DNA from: Anolis carolinensis
Lineage: Eukaryota
DNA length: 64,000 bases
NCBI RefSeq assembly: GCF_035594765.1
Contig: NC_085844.1
Location: 10,307,923-10,371,922, forward strand
Reading direction: 5' to 3'
Below the pieces are notes generated by a model. The model was not told where the DNA came from. It made no database searches and worked only from the letters and a program-made list of their open reading frames with translations. This document shows positions 22,278 through 34,483 of the stretch, in pieces; within the stretch, counting starts at the first letter, position 1; each line of letters starts with the position of its first letter. The position numbers and the translations under genes were made by a program.

Positions 22278-24389
22278 TTTTTTCATGTTTCTCATTACAC
22301 TTGACTCATGTTCAACTTGTGGTCTACTAAGACTCCTAAATCTTTTCCACACATTTTTTCAAAACAGGATTGTTTTAGAACAGAGACACACAGAGATGCC
22401 AAATCGAAGGATAGAGAAGAAAGGAAATAAGTGCATGTGTACATGTATGGTATTTTGGGATTTTATGAATAGTCTCATTAAGAAAGTGTATAAGGATGTG
22501 AGTAACTACAATTCTCATCATCAACTGGCATTGGCCTGAAATCCCTCAAGTATTTTCTGTTTGTCATGGGAGATTTGTGTGCCAAGTTCAGTCCAGATTC
22601 ACAGTTGGTTTCACAGCTTTCTCTGAAAGCTGGGAGAAGTATAACTCCCCTCAGGAGGAGTCAGTTCTCTCCCACCTAAAAAACCCTTCAGTATTTTCTG
22701 CTCATCTGTGTGCCAAATTTGTTCCAGATAGGTTGTTGGTGGGATTCACATTGATCTCTGGATGCAGGGAGAACTACAACTTTCATCATGCTGAGTCAGT
22801 TTTACTCCCCCCAATAAAAAACCTTTTCTTTTGGCTATGGGGGGGGGGGGTCTGTGTGCTAATTTTGATCCAGAGCTGACATCAGTAGGAATCACAGTAC
22901 TTTCTGGAAGTGAGAGCCACATTAAAAAAAATCTCCACCCATACATACACATATACACATACATACATACATACATACTAGGAGTGTGCATTTGTCATTA
23001 GTCATCCTAAGTTGTATCAGATTTGTACTTACAAAGCAATATCTAACACGTGGGAGTGGCCCGTGCCAAAAATGTAAGAATTGAAACTTACCCAATACTT
23101 TTTTATTTGCATTTTATAAATCTCAGAAGCCTCCCAAAGTCATTTTTGTTTTCAGTGAAAGCAAGCAAAGCAAAGACAAAAAGACTCCCTTTCCTTTTTA
23201 TATTAATGGCTTCTTGCCATTAGGAGAGTCAAGCAGCAGGGAGAAAGCAGAGTTCACTGGGAAATAAAGCACAGAATTCTGGGAAATGTAGCTTGGGTAA
23301 GGCAAGGAGTCCTATGCCATAGAATTCAAAAGGCCCTGCCCTAAATTACATTTCCCAGAATTCTGCTTGCATCAAGATAGGAGAGAGCTATTTTTCCTCT
23401 GTAGCAGCAGCCAGCCAGACCTCCAATATATTGTTGAATCTGCAAAGAGGATGACTGACTGATACTTCAGTGAGGCATAATTAATTTTTTGGAAAGAGAT
23501 GCTTAATACCTTGTAAAACTACATATCCCGTGATTCTAAAGCATCGAGCAATGTCATTGGTGTTCAACTGCATTAATTTTACAGTGTAGATGCAGCCCTA
23601 CTGTTAGTTCAACATCATTTTGATAAAAGTTGGAACAAAATATTTTAACCAAAAGACCCAAGTATTCAGGAGTGTTTGACTGGGAATGTGAAGATGGAGA
23701 TGGAAGTAACAACAAGGAAAAGAAGAAAAAAGTCAACATCACATACACAGAATGACCTACCTTTTCCCAATCACATCTGTTTCCTTCTAAGTGCAAATAT
23801 AAAGGCTTGAGGCATTCTCCTTCTAGACTACAAATATATTTGTGTTAATCAGTTATCTGCTTTCAGAAGAGCTTCTGCACCTAGGAGTGAGGAAAGAACT
23901 TCAAATAAGCATCAGAGAAGGGTTTCCTATTACTCAACAAGTACCAAAATGACAGTTCTAGGAAATAAAGAGAAATGGTATCTAAGATCTGGGTTCTGCT
24001 CCTTTCACTTGATGTATCATTAATCTTCTGTGTGACGTAAAAGATCTTTCTACAGTTTAAAATTCCAGATAAATTTATACTTATGTTATCAATTGTTCCA
24101 AGGATGCTGAAAGCTATGCTGGAGATAGTGTAACTACCAGCAGGTCCAACCAAGCCAGAGAGGTCTCAGCTGAGGAGTGGAACTAAGAATATCTAACCCA
24201 TTAGTACTATGGGGAAACAAGCCAAAATGAAGTCTATATTGGCTTGGTCGTCAACCAGGATAAAAAGAACTGCGGTGGATGCTGCTGATTCTGGACATCC
24301 ATCGACAAGTGGGCTACAGAATCAAAATACAAATGAGCAGTCACAGAAGCGGCAGAAAAATACAATGCCAGAAAACCGCACAGTAATAG

Positions 24390-24703
24390 TTATTATTATT
24401 TTATTATGACACAGCAAACAAGATAGATATGCTGGATTTCATATCACAAAATCACAAGTCGAACACTTCCCAAGTGTCTAGGACTGTGTGATGTATTTTC
24501 GGATGATGCGCGCATATCCCAGTAGGGTGGCCTTTTGCAGCTGGCAGATCGTAATTTTGTCAATGTCTATTGTTTCCAAATGCCGGCTGAGATCTTTTGG
24601 AACGGCACCCAGTGTGCCGATCACCACTGGGACCACCTGCACTGGTTTCTGCCAGAGTCTTTGAAGTTCAATCTTGAGGTCCTGATAGCGGCTGAGTTTT
24701 TCC

Positions 24704-24705
<2 letters not shown>
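24390..24705 (-). mobile_element. R4-clade (Dong/Rex6-like) non-LTR element 3' fragment in a (TAA)n/(CAA)n microsatellite
   Basis: Minus strand encodes VVPVVIGTLGAVPKDL...QLQKATLLGYARIIRKYIT, the RLE-domain C-terminus; flanked by TAA repeats, the known target of this clade. Confidence 0.75.
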
Positions 24706-24734
<29 letters not shown>

Positions 24735-27700
24735 ATTATTATTATTATTATTATTATTTCACAACTTTTTTAGTCTCATTATGTTCTCTTATTTCATCTT
24801 CACATTTCCCAAGCTGTTTAGCTCAGAAAAGTATTTTTTTTAAGCTCATCCTGTCTTCACCTTGTTTTCCTATTTGTTAGTTTTATCTATATAAAGTAGG
24901 GAAAAGGACAGAGGAATCTCTTCATCCTGCTTCATGAAACTTTCTCTGGGATAGTGTAGATGACAATATTTTTCAGCTAGGCAAGGCATGACATGCTGAG
25001 CTGTCTTCCACTGTCTGTGTAGGAATAACTCATTTGAAGAGGACACCTGCTCCCAAAGTATTTTGTTGTTTCTCAGATCATATCGCTACTCAAGATTTTA
25101 TTAGTAGAACTGTACATGAGATTTAGAGATTTTGATCTTTGTGTATATTGTACAAACCTTAGTGTGAAAGTCACATAGAGCCACATAGAGGTAATGGATA
25201 GCAGAAGCATGGCTAACACATTAGCTCCTAGTGTAAATTTGATCAGTACATTGGGATAGTTTATATCTCAGAAGCATACACTGAGATAATCATCTTTAAA
25301 ACTCATGGGCTGTATAGGGACAGTTACAAATACATAATACACCAAATGACACCACAAATCTTCCTCCCTCAAAAAAAAAAGTTTTTCTGCACAAAACAAG
25401 CATGAGTGTATTTTCTGCAAAAGAAGTCATCAGCTAAAGATGGTAAAATTAATTAGCAAGAATTAGTCAGAATTTGGATTTTTCATTTCTCTTCCATTCT
25501 TGCTGTAAATTTTACATATCATTGTTATGAATAACATAACTTCAAAGCATAGGTTCTTTTTATTGCAATTTTCCAGTATGAGACAGAATATCAGAACTTT
25601 TACGCAAAGAACAACATTAGACATACAGATATACAGATTCTTTGTAACTATATTGAATCCACAATTTAAATTAATGTGGTTATATCCCCTCCTTTTATGT
25701 TTTTAATTTCTTGCTTAAACATTACTCTATGCAATTAGTACCCTCTTTCAATGTAAAAAGGTGTTTAAAATGTTAAAAAATACAATAAGAAACAAGCAAA
25801 GAGGTCTTGTTTCTTGGCATTTGATATATCAGAAACAGTTAGCTATACACAGGACAGGGATAGCCAGATCTTAAGGGAAGTAACTTTTCTGTTGCTAATG
25901 GAATCAAATTTTTTAACTGTCTTTATTGCCTTTTGTTCCTAGTGTTCACATGGCCAGGTAGGGGAATGACTTCTCCCTGCACCCATCAAATAAGACCATC
26001 TTAACTGACATGAAATGGCAATCCATTTTAACGTTTTTGCCAGATGAAGAAGGCTGTGAATTTTTTAAAACATGCATACTATATTTTATGCTTTGAAGCT
26101 GGCCAAATAAAAGTATAACTGCATTGCAGATTTGGCATTTTATTCTCTTATATGTTCATGATTCTTTATAGTCATCGGAAAAATGTCCTTATCTCAAAAG
26201 GGAAAGAACATCATGATACTAGATAAAGAAAATTAATCTGTGTTTACAAGTATGTAGAGATTACTCTCTGCTCTCTTAGGCTCTGATGTTCTGGGCCTGA
26301 TTGTACATCTCTGATTATCTCTTAAATAAAACATATGGTTTCCTTGTAAGTGTCTTCAACCAGTAATCACATGTGCACACTTTTCGAAAGACCAACGCTA
26401 CACATCAGGAAGAAAGGTGCTAGCCACTCCATGCTCTTATAGACTTTCACTTTAGAGGAGCCCAAAGAGCATGCAATATTGTGTTTCTCCACTTAAAGCT
26501 TTGAGTCATGGAGTCATAATCTTGGAAGAGACCCAAGGGCCCCATTCTGTCACGCAGGAAGATATAATCGAAAGCTTTCCTGAAATATTATTATCCAATT
26601 TCTGTTTAAAAACCTCTAACCACACACTTAGGCAGTGCACTTCAATGTATCTGGCCACTTTTATTACAGTCTCCAACCCCCCCCCCCCCACCTCCCCACC
26701 CCCACACACACCTTTTGTCTCTGTTTTGGAAGTATGTCTCTTTTCTGAAAATCACATTTTACATCATTAGTAAAATTCCCTAATATTGACCTTTTCTGCA
26801 AGCAAACAGATAAAGAATGAAAAGAAGTGAGAGAAAGATTTGTGTCATCCTGAATATCCATCAGGACAGTTGTGATTCATGAGGAATTTTATCTTTTTTC
26901 AGAGTTGTAGGATATGCTTCTGCATCTCAGGCTACAGTAGATGCTAAGAAATTAATTTGACATTGCTCCTATTGCCAGACACAACTTCCTCCTCATCACC
27001 AACACACTTTTATGCCAGAAAAATAAGTTTAAGACATCATGCAAGCACCCCTGGTCAAAGTGTTGGCCCCTCTTAGCCTAGATAATAATATGTTCCAAAA
27101 ACAGGCATGAGGTACTTCTCATAAAAGTTATGGCAAGAACTGATGACTGCTGGAGAGAATGCTTTCTCACTTTCCGAGTGAACCCTATCACGTACCAGAT
27201 ATCGCATTGTAAGTACGAATTTAACCAATTTGATATGACTTACAACTACTAACGAAAAATGGCACACCCCTAATAAACACAAAGAACTGGGAACCTCTGG
27301 CCCTTGAGCATTATAACTGAGGTCAGCTGTTATCAACAGTATTATGGATTTTGAAGAAGCATGAATACAGAGCAAACAGGAGAAATGTGCTGTGCATGTC
27401 AAGCAAGTCCTTGTCATCCTTGTCATTTGGAAATCACTAGGAGACAATCATACTTGGCCACGAGTGATCACCCATGATAAGTCAGACACAGTTCCTATAC
27501 CCTGCAGGGACACTGGAGGTCCCTGAGATGGTGGATCCTTGCCACCTGGCCACAGATTTTGGCATTTTGTGTCCTTGACCTACACACTTCTGGGTCAGTA
27601 TATCTATGAATCAGGTAAAAGCCAGATCCTAAATAGACCAGAAGTACCGTGTATAATTGTGTATATGTTTACAGAAATCCAACCACAAAATTCTGGTTCA

Positions 27701-27830
27701 AGTTACACAGGCAGTCCCCAAGTTATAAACAAGATAGTTTCTCTAGGTTTGTTCTTTAGTTGAATTTGTGTGAAAGTCAGATCAGCGACATTTTTAGGTG
27801 TAACTCCAACTATATACCCTAGACCAGGGG

Positions 27831-28080
27831 TGTGAAAGGGTCCAGCGTTATCCATTCCGGCAATTAGTTGCAACAAACAAGACTCTGATAGCTGCTTGTA
27901 ATTTTCCCAGTAACTTCTTTATTTCAGTCACACCGACAACTCAAATCCAACGGAGCTTCCCCTTCTTCTCCCACTCTCCCTCTTAACTCTCTCTCTTCAC
28001 TGCCCCCTCCCTCCTTCCAATTACTCCACATCTGTCTCCGTGCTTGCATTGATTCAGCATCCTTGGATCTTGCTGGTGTT

Positions 28081-28130
<50 letters not shown>

Positions 28131-28627
28131 CTTTATTTATACCCCGCCACCATCTCCCCAACGGGGACTCGGAGTGGCTTACATGGGGCCATGCCCAGAA
28201 CAATACAATATAACAAAATATAATAGAACAACAAATCATAACACATTAAACAACACAATAAAAGAAAATATACACTACATTAAACAAGATCAAAAGAACA
28301 ATAAAACCAAGGGCGGGCCACATGAACACTAGGTTAAAACTCGGGGTGAGAAAGGAAGTAGGAGTAAAAACCACAGAGGACAGGGTCATAAATCTGGAGG
28401 ACAAATATTGAAGGAGAGCAGCAAAAGGGATGTATGTAGTGATTACTCTCCAAAGGCACAACGGAAGAGCCATGTTTTCAGGTCTTTCTTAAAGGCTACT
28501 AATGTGGGGGCTTGCCTAATCTCACCGGGCAGTGAGTTCCACAATCGGGGGGCCACAGCAGAGAATGAAGAGTTAAAGGAAGAGTTTCTAACTCCAGGGC
28601 GGGACCCTCCACTGTCTCCCTCTTACA
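27831..28627 (-). mobile_element. Solo LTR D, containing an L2 insertion
   Basis: TGTGA...TTACA termini; TSD AGGGG/AGGGC; minus-strand AATAAA near 27920. Confidence 0.7.
28081..28566 (-). mobile_element. L2 LINE 3' fragment
   Basis: Minus strand encodes FSAVAPRLWNSLPGEIRQAPTLVAFKKDLKTWLF, followed by a 3'UTR and (TTA)n tail. Confidence 0.85.
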
Positions 28628-29563
28628 AGGGCTCCTCAAACTTTTTAAACTGAGGGGCCAGTCCACAATCCTTCTGACTGTTGAAGGTCCAAATTATTAT
28701 TTGAAAAAAAAAAATACAAACCAATTCTGATGCACACTGCAGATATCTTATTTGTAGTGAACCCCCCCCCCCCCCGCAACAACAATGAAAAACTATGCTA
28801 TATTTATAAATAAGAACAATTTTAATAACTATCATAAACCTATCAGGATTTCAATTGGAAGTGTGGCCCTGCTTCTGGCCAATGAGATAGTCAAGTTAAT
28901 TAGGATTGTTGTTGTTGTATGCATTCAAGTCATTTCAGACTTTGGGTGAGCCTAAGTCTAAAACTGAGAATGGGGGGGCAGGTAAATGACCTTGGAGGGC
29001 CGCATCTGGCCCACGGGCCTTAGTTTGGGGACCCCTGCCCTAGGCACACACAGACACACACACACACAAGTGCTTTGGGTAGCATAGGGAAGGGTTAACA
29101 CCCTGGTGGAGGTTGTTTTGCTGTCTGTGCCCCTGAGATTTCACCTCACTTCCTGTCCCTGTGATAATTGGATTTTGAAAAATTGGCTTCTTCTGGAAAT
29201 ATGGATTGGTAAGAAAGCTTTAATTGAGACATCTTTTCTTCATGATAACTCTTTCAGTAGTGATTTTCCCTTCCTGGGGAAGATTTCTCTCACATCCTGT
29301 TGTTTCACCCCTGTTCTTAACTATGGGCGATTTGTAAGTTGGACCTTTGTAACTCGAGGACTGCTTGTAGTTAGGTTAGTGCTGGAGTGGGGATCCAGCA
29401 TGAAAGAAGTGACAAGTGCCAGAAGGAAATGGCTCCTTCTTCATTATCCTTCCTCATCCCAAACCAAAGAAAGTAAGGAAACCCGCCCCTTTTTCTTCCT
29501 TCCAGGTTACTTGTGACTTTGGGAAGCTTCATAGTGAGTCTTTATCTCAGCGTTGATCTAGAG

Positions 29564-30608
29564 CAGGGGTCCCCAAACTAAGGCCCGGGGGCCGGATGTG
29601 GCCCTCCGAGGTCATTTACCTGGCCCCTGCCCTCAGTTTACTAATATAATATATTGTAAGGTAAAGGTAAAGGTTTTCCCCTGACATTAAGTCCAGTCAT
29701 GTCTGACTCTGGGGTGTGGTGCTCATCTACATTTCTAAGCCGAAGAGCCGGCGCTGTCCATAGACACCTCCAAGGTCATGTGGCCGGCATGATTGCATGG
29801 AGCGCCATTACCTTCCCGCCGGAGCGGTACCTATTGATCTACTCACATTGGCATGTTTTCGAACTGCTAGGTTGGCAGGAGCTGGAGCTAACAGCGGCAG
29901 CTCACGCCACTCCCGGGGCTTGAACCTGGGACCTTTCGGTCTGCAGCTCAGTGCTTTAACACAGTTTGCCACCGGGGTTGTATATATTGTATATACATAT
30001 AATATTGATAATAATATTATTATGTAATACAATATAACACTAATAATACCATATAATAATATTAATTATATATTCTATATTACATATGATATTACTAATA
30101 ATATTACAGTATAGTGGTATAGTTTAATATAGTAATATATAATGCTAATATTGTGCTATGCTAATAATATAATATATTGTATGTACATATAATTTGTAAG
30201 CCACTCTGAGTCCCCTTTGGGGTGAGAAGGGTGTGATACAAATGTAGTAAATAAATGCAGTAAGTAAATAATAAATAAATTTTAGACTTAGGCTCACCCA
30301 GTCTGAAATGACTTGAAGGCACACAACAACAACAACAACCCTAATTAACTTGACTATCTCATTGGCCAGAAGCAGGATCACACTTCCCATTGAAATCCTG
30401 ATAAATGTATGTTGGTTAAAATTGTTTTTATTTTTAAATATTGTATTGTTCTTTCGTTGTTGTTGTTGTTGTTGTTTTTGCACTACAAATAAGACATACG
30501 CAGTGTACATCGGAATTTGTTTGTATTTTTTTCAAATGATAATCCGGCCCCTCAACAGTCTGAAGGATTGTGGACCGGCCCTCGGCTTAAAAAGTTTGAG
30601 GACCCCTG
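29564..30608. mobile_element. hAT (Charlie-like) non-autonomous element
   Basis: TIRs CAGGGGTCCCCAAAC / GTTTGAGGACCCCTG; perfect 8-bp TSD ATCTAGAG at 29556-29563 and 30609-30616. Confidence 0.9.
29659..29980 (-). mobile_element. Sauria SINE nested in the hAT element
   Basis: (ACCTTT)n tail, Sauria core and tRNA-like head near 29975; flanked by a TATATTGTA duplication. Confidence 0.85.
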
Positions 30609-30722
30609 ATCTAGAGTGTCAAATTCAAGATTGACCACAGAACAGTTTAAACTGCCAGGTCCCCTCCACCACCACCACTACCACTTTTATAAAGAAATCA
30701 GAACTTAAACTCCAACTCCCCC

Positions 30723-31100
30723 TACCAAGAAGAGAAGGCTGAGAGGAGACATGATAGCCATGTACAAATATGTGAGGGGAAGTCAAAGGGAGGAGGGAGC
30801 AAGTTAGTTTTCTGCTGCCTTGGAGACTAGGACGTGGAACAATGGCTTCAAACTACAGGAAAGGAAATTCCACCTGAACATCAGGAAGAACTTCCTCACT
30901 GTGAGGGCTGTTTGGCAGTGGAACTCTCTCCCCTGGACTGTGGTGGAGGCTCCTTCTTTGGAGGCTTTTAAGCAGAGACTGGATGGCCATCTGTCGGGGG
31001 TGCTTTGAATGCGGTTTCCTGCTTCTTGGCAGGGGGTTGGACTGGATGGCCCATGAGGTCTCTTCCAACTCTACTATTCTATGATTCTATGATTCTATGA
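30723..31100 (+). mobile_element. CR1 LINE 3' end
   Basis: RRLRGDMIAMYKY...KNFLTVRAVWQWNSLP, then an (ATTCTATG)n tail. Confidence 0.9.
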
Positions 31101-31152
31101 CAATATGAATTATATGAAATATATGAATCTTGAGACATGGTTCCAGTGGATA

Positions 31153-31287
31153 GAATAATAGAATCATAGAATAGTAGAGTTGGAAGAGACCTCATGGGCC
31201 ATCCAGTCCAACCCCCTGCCAAGAAGCAGGAAATCGCATTCAAAGCACCCCCAACAGATGGCCATCCAGCCTCTGTTTAAAAGCCTG
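31153..31287 (-). mobile_element. CR1 LINE 3' end, inverted relative to the neighbouring copy
   Basis: Reverse complement of about 30962-31090. Confidence 0.85.
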
Positions 31288-31444
31288 CATGTCACTCAAG
31301 AAATAGCTTTATTGTCAATCTGGGATGGGAGATATAACTCACAGGGACTAGAATGGAATTCTGTTGGCTAGAAGACATGGAATTTTTTTGTGATACACTA
31401 CATGTAGTGTCACTTATCCATTAATTCATCAGTTAATATTATTA

Positions 31445-31660
31445 CTCATTCATCTGCCAACCTAGCAGTTCAAAAACATGCAAATGTGACTAGATCAATA
31501 GGTACCATTTCAGCGGGAAGGTAACGACACTCCACGCAGTCATGCCAGTGTCAACATGATCTTGGAGGCATCTACAGACAACGCCGGCTCTTTGGCTTAG
31601 AAATGGAGATGAGCACCAATGCCCAGAGTTGAACATGACTAGACTTAATGTCAAGGGGAA
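31445..31660 (+). mobile_element. Sauria SINE fragment
   Basis: Reverse-complement homolog of 29675-29880. Confidence 0.75.
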
Positions 31661-33231
31661 ATCTTTTTTAAAAACGTATTCATGTCAGTGGCTTGGCCAT
31701 TTCTCGAGGATCCCTGAAACTCTATTAGAAGCATGCCAGCATAATATTCCTGTTATTGTGAGCCTTCAAGTGATCTCCAACTTATCACCACCCTACAGTG
31801 AAACTATCATCAGGTTTTCAGAGGCTGAGAGCATTTGACTCTACGAAGGTCACTTGGTGGGTTACAATAGCCGAGTAAGGAACTGATCTGTGGTCTCTAG
31901 ATAGTAGATCAATGTCAAACCATTATACTGAGTTGACTCTCAAAACATTCTATATTCCTCCAGTGATGATTTTCAGCTATTTGAGCTATAGAATTTATTA
32001 GTTCCCTACTAGCTGTGGTAATGTGTTTTTTAAAAAGAGTTTTTTTCCTATTGAATTCCCCTCATACACATTCATTACCATAATTAAAATCCTGAAAACT
32101 AAGAGCTTCATGCTCATACTGTGGCTGCTTCCATGCTGTTGTAAAAATCCACATTGAACTGGATTATATGCCAGTGTGGACTCAGATAACCCAGTTCAAA
32201 GCAGATATTGTGGATTATCGGCCTTGATATTCTGAGTTATACGGCTGTGTGGAAGGGCCTTGCATCACTATAATTAGGAATAAAAAGCAATAAATAAAAC
32301 TGGAGTGAATGTTTCTTTTTTTAATATATTTATTCATTGGTTTTTACATTACAATTAAAAGAATAAACAGAGGGAAGAAAAATAAAGAAAAAAATATTTA
32401 AACTATATATAACCTGTAGATGTTGAAAATAACTGACAAAACATCACTGTACAAATAATTGATAAAATATTGCTATCTGTCTTCATGATGATCCTGTGTT
32501 AAAGGCTCAGCATGAAAGCAGTGACAAGCAGAGTAGGCAAGCATCACTCTCATCCCATTACTCATAAATCAGGGTAAGTAAGACAGTGATCCTTCCTTCC
32601 CTCTTTCTTCACCTTCTTGTTTGGTCTGAGCCAAGTTCATCAGCCATAATGAGGGAACCATACTGGGCACTAGAGGTGAGCAGAGCAGAGCAGCAGGAAC
32701 TAATTTACAAAGGGCTTTTTTTGCATATGCTTCACTATAAACACACCACAGTGGCTATTTTTAATAGAGGTGCTTTACTTCTCCCTGTTTTTTTCTTTTC
32801 AAGATGCATTTTCATTTCTTTTTACTCATTCATGTTCCTTTCCCTATCTATAAGCAAAAGCATCTGGCAAAAGCTAGAAGATTTCTGGAACTCTGTGGCC
32901 ACTGCTGCAGTGAAAAACAATGGAAATATAAGAACGACTACCCAACAGAATTGGTCCAGGTTTAGTCTGATTGGATGGTCAGAAATCCACTTTTAAAGCT
33001 GAAATGCATGTGGAGAATGTGAACACACCTTCTCAGAATCTGGGGCCAGTCTGAAGCATTACAGTCTACTTGATCAGTTGAATTGAGTAAAGTTAAATGC
33101 ATAGAAATTCACGGATATCTTTGAATGAATTGGTGAGTATAGAATCCATATTTATCCCTTTACACTTTTCAGATAAATGAGAGAAAGAGAGAGGGGGGGG
33201 GGTTCAAAAAAACTCCTTGGTGAAAGCAACC

Positions 33232-34128
33232 TTATAACTGAAGCGCTTCTGTGGTTTCCTGTTGCACTCTGTAGACTTCATCGTCTTTGAAAAGTTGCTC
33301 AAATACTTTATCTATTCTCTTACTGGATCTCCCCTTTTTATCTCTTCCCACCAAATAATAGATCATGGGGTTAATGCTGCTGTTTAGAATGGCACATATC
33401 GAGGAATATGATAAGAAAGAGTCAGGAACTTCTTGAAATATGGAAATAAAGTGAATAATATTAATTTGATAAACAAAAAAGAAGAAGAAGACAAGTATAA
33501 GCAAATTTGCTCTTAACAGTTTTCCAGATTTCTTTTGTTGTGATTTTAGGCAGAGTTTAATTAACATGGCTATAGTGGACACAAACATGATGGGCATGAA
33601 AATCACAGAATTCAAGTAATACTGGAGGCTCAGTATCCCAAAATACTTAATAGTGACACTGAGGGTGGTATGTGTAACAGAGATTAAGCAGGTGAGGATC
33701 CATATGATGGCACACACAGCAATGGACAGACGTGGTGGATGGTGGAATTGGTACCAAAGTGGGAAGAAGAAGCACACACACCTGTCAATGCTGATGACTA
33801 TCAGTAAGGCCTGGCTGGCCAAGAATGTGAACAGAAAGACATAATCATTTAGTATATATAGGTAATCTATAAAGAAGATTGAACCAAACATATCTAAAAT
33901 CAAATATATATTCTGCATAACTCCCGCTGTGAGCAGTCCAAAGTCAGCAATGGAGAGGTTCAGTATGTAGGTGGTGAAAATATTTCTCTTAATGTGAAAG
34001 CCAAGAAGGTAAATGATGATTCCATTCCCTACAAATCCAGAAAGGCAGATCAGAAGATATATGGTAGATTCTATAAATCTTCCTAAGACAGAAATATGAT
34101 TTTGTAACTCAGTTGCATTATTTCCCAT
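33232..34128 (-). CDS. MAS-related GPCR (MRGPR/Mas1-like), intact, 298 aa
   Basis: 7TM with GFVGNG, NLSIADF, SIDRC and NSSINPMIYY; N-glycosylation site NAT; splice acceptor 55 nt upstream of the ATG. Confidence 0.95.
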   Translation of the reverse strand: MGNNATELQNHISVLGRFIESTIYLLICLSGFVGNGIIIYLLGFHIKRNIFTTYILNLSIADFGLLTAGVMQNIYLILDMFGSIFFIDYLYILNDYVFLFTFLASQALLIVISIDRCVCFFFPLWYQFHHPPRLSIAVCAIIWILTCLISVTHTTLSVTIKYFGILSLQYYLNSVIFMPIMFVSTIAMLIKLCLKSQQKKSGKLLRANLLILVFFFFFVYQINIIHFISIFQEVPDSFLSYSSICAILNSSINPMIYYLVGRDKKGRSSKRIDKVFEQLFKDDEVYRVQQETTEALQL

Positions 34129-34244
34129 TTCAACGTTCAGAGAAGAGAGTGGTGACTGGCTGAAATTCTTCTGAAATAGACTCCTACAAGAGAAAAAAAG
34201 AGAGGAGAATTACTTCTCAGCTTTGCATCAGAATAATGGACAAT

Positions 34245-34483
34245 GGGTTGTTGTGTGTTTTCTGGGCTGTATGGCCATGTTCCAGAAGCATTCTCACCTG
34301 ACGTTTTGCCCACATCTATGGCAGGCATCCTCAGAGGTTCTGAGGTATAGCTCACAACCTCTAAGGATGCCTTCCATAGATGTGGGCAAAACATCAGGAG
34401 AGGATGCTTCTGGAACATGGCCACACAGCCTGGAAAACACACAACAACCCTGTGATTCCGGCCATGAAAGCCTTCAACAACAC
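34245..34483. mobile_element. Penelope-like element remnant (inverted pseudo-LTR hairpin)
   Basis: Inverted repeat of about 90 bp (34245-34338 vs 34357-34450); 13-bp duplication AATAATGGACAAT on both sides; absent from the paralog at about 20265. Confidence 0.8.

Larger units (their letters stand above)
27825..29037. mobile_element. hAT (Charlie-like) non-autonomous element, interrupted in its TIR by an LTR
   Basis: CAGGGG|TCCTCAAAC...GTTTGGGGACCCCTG; TSD CCCTAGAC/CCCTAGGC; inverted homolog of 29564-30608. Confidence 0.8.
27708..29367. mobile_element. Tc1/mariner (Tigger-like) MITE, outermost layer of a nest
   Basis: TIRs CAGGCAGTCCCCAAGTTA / TAACTCGAGGACTGCTTG followed by TA. Confidence 0.7.
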
